From IMG/VR virus record IMGVR_UViG_3300037307_000441: a stretch of DNA of 64,000 bases; one strand, 5' to 3'. The first letter of the stretch is position 1; each line of letters starts with the position of its first letter. Positions 55,943 through 63,839 of the stretch are shown here, one piece after another. Made by a program: the position numbers and the translations under genes. This stretch comes from a virus. Taxonomy: Duplodnaviria > Heunggongvirae > Uroviricota > Caudoviricetes. Below the pieces are notes generated by a model. That model saw only the letters and a program-made list of their open reading frames with translations. It was not told the origin of the DNA and searched no databases.

Positions 55943-56452
55943 ATGAATGTACTCTTCACAAAAAATTGTCTCTCCATTGGTTTATCACGTTTTCAAGATG
56001 ATAGTATTCAACTAATTATTAGTTCCGACTATTCAGAAAGCAGCAGAAAAAGCCGACTTTGGGTAGATGGTAAACATATCGCACCCTATCTCGAAACCGC
56101 ATGGCGTTCTATACGAACCCGAAAATTGAAAGACCTGAAACTATTCTTCGACGAAATCGATTATTACGATAATATGACTGATATATACGAAACACCCGTA
56201 ATCTCTATGGGACGCGGTCAACGTAAAGCACGAATTGGTTCACATGAACACGGTTCAATTCCTAAAGACTGGAGTATCAATTTAGTCGCTACATTCGAAG
56301 ATACACGCACAAAAACACCCATCATCGAAGTAATCAAACAAGTTCTGGGTTATAAATTCACACCCGAAATGGAAAAGAAACTCAATAAAGACATAGTTCC
56401 ATTCCTTCAGAAAAAAGTAAAATATTGCTCAGTATATAACGACAATGACTAA
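55943..56452 (+). CDS. hypothetical protein
   Basis: track ORF starts GTG 55910 inside the 3' arm of the leader hairpin; first ATG 55943 (MNVLFTKN...). Confidence 0.4.
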   Translation: MNVLFTKNCLSIGLSRFQDDSIQLIISSDYSESSRKSRLWVDGKHIAPYLETAWRSIRTRKLKDLKLFFDEIDYYDNMTDIYETPVISMGRGQRKARIGSHEHGSIPKDWSINLVATFEDTRTKTPIIEVIKQVLGYKFTPEMEKKLNKDIVPFLQKKVKYCSVYNDND

Positions 56453-56579
56453 TCAATGCTTATATAGTCTCCTCTTTAGAAGAAGAAATATTAGACATTA
56501 AAAAAATTCTATCTAGATTTAAAAACAAAATAAGAGAAAAAAAATTAAATGATATTCTCTCAACCTAAAATTAATAACT

Positions 56580-56948
56580 ATGTTTAAAGATATAAAAGTA
56601 GGTGATTTAGTGATTTTTAACAACCCTTTTCTCGGCGAAGATGTTACTGTATGTAGTTCAATCACCGACTCATATAAATACCCAATTAACTCCAACGGTC
56701 GTTTCTTTTATATGAAAGACCGTAAACCTATTTACGCTGATGAAGTAGGTGAAACAGGAACGGAAATGATTAAAGAATATCACTTCATGTCAAGCCAATC
56801 CGGAGACTATACCTTCCGTGAAGATGATGTAGATGGACCCACCAATTGGAATATGAAAAAAATTGATAAAACACATCCTAAATGGGACGATTCACTCTCT
56901 GAAAGTGGCAAACAATTTAACTCAATGCTATCAATGTTTTTAAATTAA
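56580..56948 (+). CDS. hypothetical protein
   Basis: 122-aa ORF. Confidence 0.45.
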   Translation: MFKDIKVGDLVIFNNPFLGEDVTVCSSITDSYKYPINSNGRFFYMKDRKPIYADEVGETGTEMIKEYHFMSSQSGDYTFREDDVDGPTNWNMKKIDKTHPKWDDSLSESGKQFNSMLSMFLN

Positions 56949-56954
56949 TAAATT

Positions 56955-57455
56955 ATGATAAAGGATATTAAAAAAGAAATCAATAAATCAGAACCCGACT
57001 GGCTACTGGTCGCGGACATGGCCAAAAAAATATACCTAACACAACAACAAAGCGGCCCCTTCGGATTTAAAAAAGGCATTATTAATCTTATCCGACTATC
57101 AGAATATAATATCGATACAATCACAAAAGAATTTAAAGAATATAACTTCAATATCATCGTTGATAGAGGCCGCCGATTCTATAAAGAAAAATTACCCACC
57201 ATAAATTATAAAGATAATTATACAATTATCCTCTCCGACTCAGATACAATCATGGGTAAATTAAGAGAATTAAATATACCCTTTAACCTATTCCGACTAA
57301 CCGTTCGTAATAAATATGACTATTCACCTAACCGAAAACCAGTCATGTTCTATCTGAATAACGAAAATGGCCAAAAAATAAAATTCGCCAAAGGAGAATC
57401 TAAACGCGAAATGCGAGATACCTCACTCGAAAACCTATTAGCTGAATTTAACTAA
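56955..57455 (+). CDS. hypothetical protein
   Basis: 166-aa ORF. Confidence 0.45.
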   Translation: MIKDIKKEINKSEPDWLLVADMAKKIYLTQQQSGPFGFKKGIINLIRLSEYNIDTITKEFKEYNFNIIVDRGRRFYKEKLPTINYKDNYTIILSDSDTIMGKLRELNIPFNLFRLTVRNKYDYSPNRKPVMFYLNNENGQKIKFAKGESKREMRDTSLENLLAEFN

Positions 57456-57466
57456 AACATAAAAAC

Positions 57467-57946
57467 ATGATTAAAAATTTTAAACAATTCAACTCAGACC
57501 TTCAAATCAATGAAGTTACCGGAGGCGGACAATACGATATGATCGGATGCTTCAAAGAACCAGATAAATATTGTGTTATGGGAACAAAAGACTTCATTAA
57601 ATATGAAGGAGATAACAAAGGATATTATAACGCAGAACTGGACTTTGAAATACTGATCAGTACCAAAGAAGAACTAGATTCAATCTATCAACAAATTAAA
57701 GATTATCTTTATCATAATCCTGACTTCGATCAATCAGTTGTTTTTGGTATCTTCTATAACAATGATAAATCATGTCTGATTGTTAGTGACGATGATTATT
57801 CTTTTGAAGGAACTCTACTAAAAACAGTAACACAATCATTTAAAGGAGAATATATCCAAGTAACTCACGCTAATAAAGATTCTATCCAAAGAGAATCAGA
57901 AAATGTTTATCAAATTATTAAACCTTTCTTACATAATAAATGGTAA
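57467..57946 (+). CDS. hypothetical protein (MIKNFKQF N-terminus)
   Basis: 159-aa ORF. Confidence 0.45.
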   Translation: MIKNFKQFNSDLQINEVTGGGQYDMIGCFKEPDKYCVMGTKDFIKYEGDNKGYYNAELDFEILISTKEELDSIYQQIKDYLYHNPDFDQSVVFGIFYNNDKSCLIVSDDDYSFEGTLLKTVTQSFKGEYIQVTHANKDSIQRESENVYQIIKPFLHNKW

Positions 57947-57951
57947 TAAAT

Positions 57952-58311
57952 ATGAAATGGAATACAGAAAAAATCATAAATGATCTTAAAGACATACTTA
58001 AAGATGTTAAAATTACTACCAATGATTATCCCGAAGGAGGACACTATTGCCGAGATATCTATGTTAGTAAATCTGATGATGATGACGACGATGCTATCTC
58101 TATCGTTGGATTTATCGATGATGGAGATCTCTCTGATGTAGATACACCCAATGAAAATATTGAACTAGTTGAAGTCCGAAACATAGATTCAGATAGCGAT
58201 GGGGGCCTACAAACAAAAGATAAACAACTTCGCAATATCTATCATACAATATGCGATTACTTCGACGATAACGATTGTGAAGTAGTTAGAAATTTACGAG
58301 ATTATTTTTAA
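57952..58311 (+). CDS. acidic hypothetical protein
   Basis: start moved to ATG 57952 (MKWNTEKI...); SKSDDDDDDAIS acidic stretch. Confidence 0.4.
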   Translation: MKWNTEKIINDLKDILKDVKITTNDYPEGGHYCRDIYVSKSDDDDDDAISIVGFIDDGDLSDVDTPNENIELVEVRNIDSDSDGGLQTKDKQLRNIYHTICDYFDDNDCEVVRNLRDYF

Positions 58312-58323
58312 AATAATAAAACT

Positions 58324-58551
58324 ATGAGAAAATCAATACTAATATTCATAGGCATAATATCACTAAATGCTTGCAACAGAAAATGCAAAGTACCATTAAG
58401 ATACAAAAATGGCGATATCGTATACCTAAAACCAGACTCAAATAAAGCAGTAATTACCAAAGCATCAGAATGCTATACCTATAGAATAAGCTATAAACTA
58501 CCTAATGGAGACTATACAGAAACCACCGTTTTTGATTATCAAATATTCTGA
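58324..58551 (+). CDS. small lipoprotein
   Basis: MRKSILIFIGIISLNAC. Confidence 0.4.
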   Translation: MRKSILIFIGIISLNACNRKCKVPLRYKNGDIVYLKPDSNKAVITKASECYTYRISYKLPNGDYTETTVFDYQIF

Positions 58552-58581
58552 ACATAAATAAACTACCTAACGTGTAGCATG
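58552..58581. repeat. 30-bp intergenic repeat copy 1 (ACATAAATAAACTACCTAACGTGTAGCATG)
   Basis: begins immediately after stop TGA of the upstream gene; 19 nt before next ATG. Confidence 0.6.
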
Positions 58582-58599
58582 ACACTAAAATAAAAAATT

Positions 58600-58938
58600 A
58601 TGATAAAACACTTCTTTTCACTCGAATTCTTTAAAGAACTTAAAGTTCTTTTTTTACTAGAATCAATTATATTGCTACTCGGTTACGCATTGATTAATAC
58701 ACCAAATGTTCAACAAGTAATTCAACAAAATAACCTATCACCCTTCAATTTATTTGCACTATTACTTAGCTTATTCATATGGTCACTATCTTGCTTATTA
58801 GACCCCAAAAAATATTTTAACCTAGCAACACTAATCGCAACAGGATTCATTACTTACCTTGCCTTTTGGTTCACCTTTGAAATTATGTTTAAAGTCCCAA
58901 ACTTCGCCTTAGAAGCCAATCAAATCATCGGAATCTAA
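58600..58938 (+). CDS. hypothetical membrane protein
   Basis: several TM helices. Confidence 0.4.
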   Translation: MIKHFFSLEFFKELKVLFLLESIILLLGYALINTPNVQQVIQQNNLSPFNLFALLLSLFIWSLSCLLDPKKYFNLATLIATGFITYLAFWFTFEIMFKVPNFALEANQIIGI

Positions 58939-58952
58939 TAAAAAAATAAATT

Positions 58953-59150
58953 ATGAAAATCATCATCGGAATCATTTTAATGTATATTATACTAGTAATT
59001 AGCTCCGCTTCATTATGGAAATATATCTGGAAAGGCCACCGACTCGAAGATACATGGATGAAATCAATAAAAATATTTAGCATAGGATATTTTATCGTAG
59101 GGATAATTCTAATAATGTTTTTTTTAATTATTCATTACATCTCAACATAA
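58953..59150 (+). CDS. small membrane protein
   Basis: two TM helices. Confidence 0.35.
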   Translation: MKIIIGIILMYIILVISSASLWKYIWKGHRLEDTWMKSIKIFSIGYFIVGIILIMFFLIIHYIST

Positions 59151-59174
59151 ATAAACTACCTATCGTGTAGCATG
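59145..59174. repeat. 30-bp intergenic repeat copy 2 (ACATAAATAAACTACCTATCGTGTAGCATG)
   Basis: one mismatch to copy 1; overlaps last codons of upstream gene. Confidence 0.6.
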
Positions 59175-59199
59175 GTGTTAATTGTAAATTTTTATTAAA

Positions 59200-59517
59200 A
59201 TGATATGGATATTTAAAATAAATGAAGTGTTTTGGAATAATAAACCAAAAATTAATAACTATTATAGTTTCGATACCGATGATATCAACTTCGATATAAC
59301 TAATTATGATATCAGTTTACACTTCCCCACAGCCGATTATTTCATAGTTAACGAATCTAACTTAAAAAAAATCTATAAACTAGAACCACGATTCGTATCT
59401 ATCGGAGAAGGCAATCCTTTTAGAATACCATCAAATAATCAAAATATAAAAAACCTTATTATCGAATTCTTCCAAGAACAACGAGATAATAAAATAAATA
59501 AAATAATTTCTGACTAA
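59200..59517 (+). CDS. hypothetical protein
   Basis: 105-aa ORF. Confidence 0.4.
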   Translation: MIWIFKINEVFWNNKPKINNYYSFDTDDINFDITNYDISLHFPTADYFIVNESNLKKIYKLEPRFVSIGEGNPFRIPSNNQNIKNLIIEFFQEQRDNKINKIISD

Positions 59518-59547
59518 ACATAAATAAACTACCTATCGTGTAGCATG
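59518..59547. repeat. 30-bp intergenic repeat copy 3
   Basis: identical to copy 2. Confidence 0.6.
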
Positions 59548-59564
59548 ATATAAATAATAAAATT

Positions 59565-59858
59565 ATGATTGATATTATACAAATAAATCTTCTTCGTGAT
59601 GGCGGAACTAGTGTGTGGGTATCCACAGAAGATATCAAAGGAATAGATATGAATGATATGATTAGTATATGGAATATTATAAAATCTGATTGCAATAAAT
59701 ATCATATAGATTATCGTATTGGTTCCAAAACAAAAGGAGAATTATTTGATAGATATCCTAGCGACGAAGGAGCTCAAATATTAGATAAATCCCAATTTAA
59801 CTTCGTCACTAAAGAACAAATATTAAGAGATAATAAAATTAATAATATTGTCAAATGA
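59565..59858 (+). CDS. hypothetical protein
   Basis: 97-aa ORF. Confidence 0.4.
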   Translation: MIDIIQINLLRDGGTSVWVSTEDIKGIDMNDMISIWNIIKSDCNKYHIDYRIGSKTKGELFDRYPSDEGAQILDKSQFNFVTKEQILRDNKINNIVK

Positions 59859-60109
59859 GTAAAAAAGCAACATGGAGTTCATGGGTAGAAGCACCCAAAT
59901 CTATGGATATGGAAAACGCAATCCGCAAATATTGCATGGAATCAGGAGTAACTATACATAGCCTTTATTCTAAAGAAGTAACCCGCGATAGAATCGATAA
60001 AATACTAGGAATCAACCGCGAAACTATCTACTTTAAACTAGAAGGAAATTATAATATCCTTAGACACCTACAATCACAACTAGCTAAACAAACAGAAGAT
60101 GAAGAATAA
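59855..60109 (+). CDS. hypothetical protein
   Basis: 84-aa ORF. Confidence 0.4.
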   Translation: MSKKATWSSWVEAPKSMDMENAIRKYCMESGVTIHSLYSKEVTRDRIDKILGINRETIYFKLEGNYNILRHLQSQLAKQTEDEE

Positions 60110-60114
60110 GTTGA

Positions 60115-60144
60115 ACATAAATAAACTACCTAACGTGTAGCATG
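60115..60144. repeat. 30-bp intergenic repeat copy 4
   Basis: identical to copy 1; followed by GTGTTA as in copy 2. Confidence 0.6.
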
Positions 60145-60174
60145 GTGTTATGTAAAAAAAATAATATATAATAT

Positions 60175-60540
60175 ATGGAAAAGATAGATATACAAATATT
60201 GATAAATGATTTAATGCATGATGAAGATTTTAAATCAGCATGTGAACATGAGAGTGTTAAATGGGCAATGGCTTTGTATTTAGGTGATGCTGAATATGAT
60301 GTTAAAGATTTCCCAGTAGGTAATCAATTTGAATTAGTTGATGCTTACAGTGAAAAGGGAGATGGGTATCAAGAAGAAACAACTTATGGTATTTTTAAAA
60401 GGAAGTCTGATAGTAAATATTTTAAGATATGGGTACATGATGCAGGTATGATTGGTTCATCAACTCTAACACTGTGTCAATATATGGAGGAGGTTCAACC
60501 TAAACAAAAAAAGATAACTACTTGGGAAAATTTTAAATAA
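60175..60540 (+). CDS. hypothetical protein
   Basis: 121-aa ORF. Confidence 0.4.
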   Translation: MEKIDIQILINDLMHDEDFKSACEHESVKWAMALYLGDAEYDVKDFPVGNQFELVDAYSEKGDGYQEETTYGIFKRKSDSKYFKIWVHDAGMIGSSTLTLCQYMEEVQPKQKKITTWENFK

Positions 60541-60548
60541 ATAATAAT

Positions 60549-60929
60549 ATGAAAACGTGGGCAATTTTTAGTGTGTATGATTATAAGGGTGGTGAATTGA
60601 GATCCAATTGTAATTTAACTTATGATCGTTTTATTAATTCATTAGCAGAGATGTTTGAGAATGTCAGGATAGATTTATCTGAAGTTCGTGATATTAAGAT
60701 TAAAAGGGTTTTGGATGAGCCGACTGATACAGAATTGAATTTTCTGATTGATAAGTTAAAGAAGGCATTGAATGATGAAGATTTCTTTTCTATTTATGCT
60801 GGGGGAGATGGATTTTGTGGAGAGATATTTGAGGTAGAGGATGGTAGAATGAAAGAGGTGAATATTGAGGATTACTTAGAAGATGTAGCTAAGAAGATAT
60901 ATAATTACCGTGTAAGATTAAAATATTAA
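60549..60929 (+). CDS. hypothetical protein
   Basis: 126-aa ORF. Confidence 0.4.
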   Translation: MKTWAIFSVYDYKGGELRSNCNLTYDRFINSLAEMFENVRIDLSEVRDIKIKRVLDEPTDTELNFLIDKLKKALNDEDFFSIYAGGDGFCGEIFEVEDGRMKEVNIEDYLEDVAKKIYNYRVRLKY

Positions 60930-60934
60930 TTAAT

Positions 60935-61294
60935 ATGAATAGAATATTAACAATAGTTCCGGAAAGTCTTGATGGTGGATATCTTGGTGGATATTCGCAG
61001 CGTGATGTTGTTAGGGCATCCTTTTCATATTTACATGGAGATTTAGAGTCGATGGTTGGGTATGATATTTTTTCTATATTGAAGTTTGATTTATTGGATA
61101 ATGAGATTGATGATAGGTGGGTATCAGAGGGATTGAAGGAAGGTATTTATCAGGGTCGTTGTTTAGGTAAGGAGGTGACTTATTTTCGATGGAAGAATGG
61201 TCGTCGGTCCAGTGGGTTGGTAGTTTTGAATACTGATAAGGAGTCGTATCAAGATGCCTTGAAGAAGTATAAAGAGAAGGCTGATTTTATTTAA
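60935..61294 (+). CDS. hypothetical protein
   Basis: 119-aa ORF. Confidence 0.4.
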   Translation: MNRILTIVPESLDGGYLGGYSQRDVVRASFSYLHGDLESMVGYDIFSILKFDLLDNEIDDRWVSEGLKEGIYQGRCLGKEVTYFRWKNGRRSSGLVVLNTDKESYQDALKKYKEKADFI

Positions 61295-61295
61295 A

Positions 61296-61327
61296 TTTGG
61301 TAGTATCAATTATTTGTTGTATCTTTG
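61296..61327 (+). promoter_or_regulatory. complete promoter TTTGGTAGTATCAATTATTTGTTGTATCTTTG
   Basis: TTTG-N20-TATCTTTG; followed by palindrome TGATTCATCAATCA. Confidence 0.55.
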
Positions 61328-61348
61328 TGATTCATCAATCACAATTTT

Positions 61349-61909
61349 ATGCCTAATACAGTTAAAGTACCTCGTAAAGTATTTGTCAATAAGACAATGA
61401 TTCAATCTGAATTTAATGGAGTTCCTGATAAGGTTATTCCTCGTAAAGAATCATTGGTAAAGGGTAGTGAAGTTAAATTCCATATATTTGATGGATGGGT
61501 AGATTATCCGATTTATTTTACTTTGGATGAATTGGATAAGACTAACTATAAGAATTATAATCGTAAGAAGTATCTTTATATTTATTTTCCTGAACATAGT
61601 GGTTCAGATGCTAAGGGTATTCTTAAATATGAAGTAGTAGGTGTAACTAAGAGGAAATCTACTAAGGATATTCTATTCATTGTTAAGGAAAAAGATTTTC
61701 GTGGGAATGACTATCATCAATATTATCGTATTGATGGTGAGAATATTATCAGTCATGGTCCAGTTTTTACTAACACATTGGATGGTTTTAATAAGTCGGA
61801 TGTGGGTGATGAATATAAAGGATATCGTAATGCTAAGTGGATTAAGTTAGACTTGGATGAATATAGTGATAAGTTGGGTAAGGTGTATCAATATCAAAAA
61901 AGCCTGTAA
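61349..61909 (+). CDS. hypothetical protein
   Basis: 186-aa ORF. Confidence 0.45.
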   Translation: MPNTVKVPRKVFVNKTMIQSEFNGVPDKVIPRKESLVKGSEVKFHIFDGWVDYPIYFTLDELDKTNYKNYNRKKYLYIYFPEHSGSDAKGILKYEVVGVTKRKSTKDILFIVKEKDFRGNDYHQYYRIDGENIISHGPVFTNTLDGFNKSDVGDEYKGYRNAKWIKLDLDEYSDKLGKVYQYQKSL

Positions 61910-61927
61910 AATGAAAGGAGATAAATA

Positions 61928-62103
61928 ATGAATAAGGACTGGATAGATAAGCATTTTGAGTTAAAAGAAAAGATTCTGTTAGTAATGGAAAGGAATCTTG
62001 AGTCTAGGGAAAAGTTATTTGACCGAATTCATAATTTGACGGATGAAAGGTTAAAAGAGAAGAAGAAAAAGAAAAATTTACTACAAAGGTTATTGAAAAA
62101 ATA
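61928..62103 (+). CDS. small basic coiled-coil protein (58 aa)
   Basis: MNKDWIDKHFELKEK...ERLKEKKKKKNLLQRLLKK; read manually. Confidence 0.3.
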
Positions 62104-62105
62104 AA

Positions 62106-62137
62106 TTTGGTGGTTTCAAAATAAAGGCGTATCTTTG
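62106..62137 (+). promoter_or_regulatory. complete promoter TTTGGTGGTTTCAAAATAAAGGCGTATCTTTG
   Basis: TTTG-N20-TATCTTTG; no ORF downstream. Confidence 0.5.
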
Positions 62138-62145
62138 TATTGTGA

Positions 62146-62172
62146 TTGGGAGGTGAGCTAACTAGCACCCAC
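62146..62172 (+). ncRNA. promoter-proximal 27-nt element TTGGGAGGTGAGCTAACTAGCACCCAC (copy 1), candidate tiny sRNA/leader hairpin
   Basis: starts ~9 nt after the -7 box; GTGAG...CTCAC stem; no coding potential. Confidence 0.35.
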
Positions 62173-62187
62173 TCACAGAAAAAAAGA

Positions 62188-62219
62188 TTTGGTAGATTAG
62201 AAAATGTATCGTATCTTTG
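62188..62219 (+). promoter_or_regulatory. complete promoter TTTGGTAGATTAGAAAATGTATCGTATCTTTG
   Basis: TTTG-N20-TATCTTTG. Confidence 0.5.
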
Positions 62220-62232
62220 TGTAACAAAACGG

Positions 62233-62259
62233 TTGGGAAGTGAGCTAACTAGCACCCAC
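62233..62259 (+). ncRNA. promoter-proximal 27-nt element copy 2 (TTGGGAAGTGAGCTAACTAGCACCCAC)
   Basis: one mismatch to copy 1; followed by T-rich TTGTTTTGT. Confidence 0.35.
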
Positions 62260-62310
62260 CTTGTTTTGTAGATTAGTTCTTTGATTGATGATTTATAAAT
62301 GTTTCACGTT

Positions 62311-62342
62311 TTTGGTGATTTGAAAATTTCTCTTTATCTTTG
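62311..62342 (+). promoter_or_regulatory. complete promoter TTTGGTGATTTGAAAATTTCTCTTTATCTTTG
   Basis: TTTG-N20-TATCTTTG; bracketed by inverted repeat ATGTTTCAC (62299) / GTGAAACAT (62342). Confidence 0.5.
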
Positions 62343-62515
62343 TGAAACATTAGACGGTTCGGTTCTTTGTCCTATGAGGACCAACGTCTTTTAAGATGCG
62401 TGCGGCATCAGATAATGTCAGGTGGCCCTGATGGGTACCCTTTACGTGGTTGACTACGAAACCACATTCTGTAACAATCTGACTAACGTGGTAATGGCCG
62501 CCCATCTTTTTTTTT
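62343..62515 (+). ncRNA. candidate ~170-nt non-coding RNA bounded by promoter and terminator
   Basis: no ORF; GC-richer; internal hairpins (GATGC-GTGCG-GCATC); ends in ATGG-CCGC-CCAT hairpin plus a 9-T run. Confidence 0.35.
62494..62515 (+). terminator. rho-independent terminator (short GC stem plus T9)
   Basis: ATGGCCGCCCAT followed by TCTTTTTTTTT. Confidence 0.4.
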
Positions 62516-62648
62516 GAACTATTGAAACTTGTTATAGATTGGAACTTAGTAAATTTGTCAGGGTGATAAATTTTTGCCTAACTTGGGAAACTATTGGATA
62601 TTAATGGCGTCTGGGTTCTTTTTTTATGTAAAGTTCTTTTAAATATTT

Positions 62649-62811
62649 GGTCTGTTCGTCTAGCGGTGGTTAAAGTGTTATCTAATCACATCTTATGCTG
62701 AAATTGATGTGCTGTAGGGGAGCCAATCCCCAATAAGATGATGGTGACATTTATCCTTAGGATGACTTACTTTTCGGTAAGGGGACAGTGGTTCGAATCC
62801 ACTACAGGCTA
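62649..62811 (+). ncRNA. second aberrant tRNA-like gene (~160 nt) with internal insertion
   Basis: acceptor GGTCTGT pairs with ACAGGCT (two G:U); D-loop-like AGCGGTGG; T-arm AGTGG TTCGAAT CCACT; variable-arm-like hairpin CTTAC-TTTTCG-GTAAG (also in the 25882 element); possible anticodon loop ATCTAAT (CTA) weakly supported. Confidence 0.3.
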
Positions 62812-63273
62812 CAAAAGTGTGTTGTTCCTTAAATGGAATAGATATTGAGCTGACGAAGGCCACACCACCTGGCGTGCTATATGCGAAGTGACCAGGAACG
62901 GTAGAAGCTTACAATCCAATGTAATGTAAGATGGCTGTACCTAAATGTATCTTAGGGTAGGTTCAACTGATACACAACACATAAAGTTAAAGACTTCGAG
63001 TAAAAGGAATACGCAATTAGTGGGGATAGTATTCTGAAAGAATCCACTAATCAAAGAAGTTCTTTGAAATTTTGGGAGTTTAGGTTTAGAAAACGTATGC
63101 TGGTCACACCGTTATATAATCGGTCGTTGTCTAGTTGCAGTAGTTAAAAGCTACAAGTGGTTGGAATAACATTTCGAGACCTTTTTGTGATGTGTATATT
63201 AAGGGTGCCGATTCCCTTTCTAAACTCCTTATTTTTTCTGATTATTTCAACGGTGACGTTGTTAAATTAATAT

Positions 63274-63362
63274 CGCGGATTAGAGTAGAGGTCAAACTCG
63301 TCGGGCTCATAACCCGAAGTCCTAAACACTGGGCACGTCTGGTTCGATTCCAGCATCCGCTA
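63274..63362 (+). ncRNA. non-canonical tRNA-like gene (CAT anticodon loop, 21-nt variable region)
   Basis: CGCGGAT-TA-GAGT AGAGGTCAA ACTC-G-TCGGG CTCATAA CCCGA-21 nt-(T)CTGG TTCGATT CCAG(C)-ATCCGCT-A; C1:T72 mismatch; 4-bp T-stem; terminator follows. Confidence 0.35.
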
Positions 63363-63372
63363 CTAATGAATG

Positions 63373-63400
63373 AATCCCTTTGACAAAAAGGGATTTTTTT
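63373..63400 (+). terminator. rho-independent terminator
   Basis: AATCCCTTT-GACA-AAAGGGATT plus T-run. Confidence 0.55.
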
Positions 63401-63417
63401 ATATCAAAAATATTCCG

Positions 63418-63425
63418 TATCTTTG
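63418..63425 (+). promoter_or_regulatory. -7 promoter box (TATTCCGTATCTTTGT)
   Basis: 18 nt upstream of ATG 63444. Confidence 0.4.
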
Positions 63426-63443
63426 TATTCTAAATCAATCAAG

Positions 63444-63644
63444 ATGACAAAAGAAAGAAACTATGGGGTAATTAAGGTTGACAATGATAGGGTCAAGCTT
63501 TATAATTCTCAGACCAGTTATATTACTATTAACGTGGGTTCTCCCGTTAATGAAGCTCGATGGGTAGGTGATAAGTTGCTGGTCACTATGGAAAATGGTA
63601 AGGTTCGTCAGTATACAAGTCAGACAAGTTATACAGCAATCTAA
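63444..63644 (+). CDS. hypothetical small protein
   Basis: track ORF starts TTG 63423 inside the promoter box; ATG 63444 (MTKERNYGVIKVDNDR...) preferred; internal repeat LYNSQTSYITI / QYTSQTSYTAI. Confidence 0.4.
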   Translation: MTKERNYGVIKVDNDRVKLYNSQTSYITINVGSPVNEARWVGDKLLVTMENGKVRQYTSQTSYTAI

Positions 63645-63839
63645 TTTTATTAACTAAAAAGTCAACGGAAACTATATTCTGTGTTGTTATAGATAGTTTA
63701 ATATAATCTTCAGCCTTGCTAGCATGAAGAAGCGGTGTTAGTGGTTCGAGTCCACACATCTTTAAAAAGGATGTAACGATTAAATTATTTGACAAAATCA
63801 GCATGGTACGATAAATTAATAATATATTTAAAAAACTAT

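Noticed and set aside
58552-60144. Possible CRISPR array (four copies of a 30-bp repeat)
   Set aside because: The 'spacers' are 330-540 bp, unequal and entirely protein-coding. The repeat sits in gene junctions. This is not CRISPR architecture.
1367-62255. Other short antisense or embedded ORFs from the track, all fully inside longer, better-supported genes on the other strand
   Set aside because: Judged spurious. They are 1367-, 5091-, 7203+, 7907+, 9466+, 19643+, 24543-, 26736-, 27918-, 29601-, 31456-, 31736-, 32288-, 34320-, 35598-, 43319-, 46345+, 47785-, 51996-, 52604-, 53965-, 54240-, 54676-, 55331-, 56945-, 59459-, 62004- and 63586-. Typical translations are AT-rich low-complexity.
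62649-62811. Stop-codon reassignment suggested by a possible CUA-anticodon tRNA
   Set aside because: Long uninterrupted ORFs are obtained throughout under the standard code, and the CUA anticodon stem is poorly paired, so recoding is not supported.
63192-63383. 63-aa ORF
   Set aside because: Overlaps a tRNA-like gene and its terminator in the ORF-poor RNA region.
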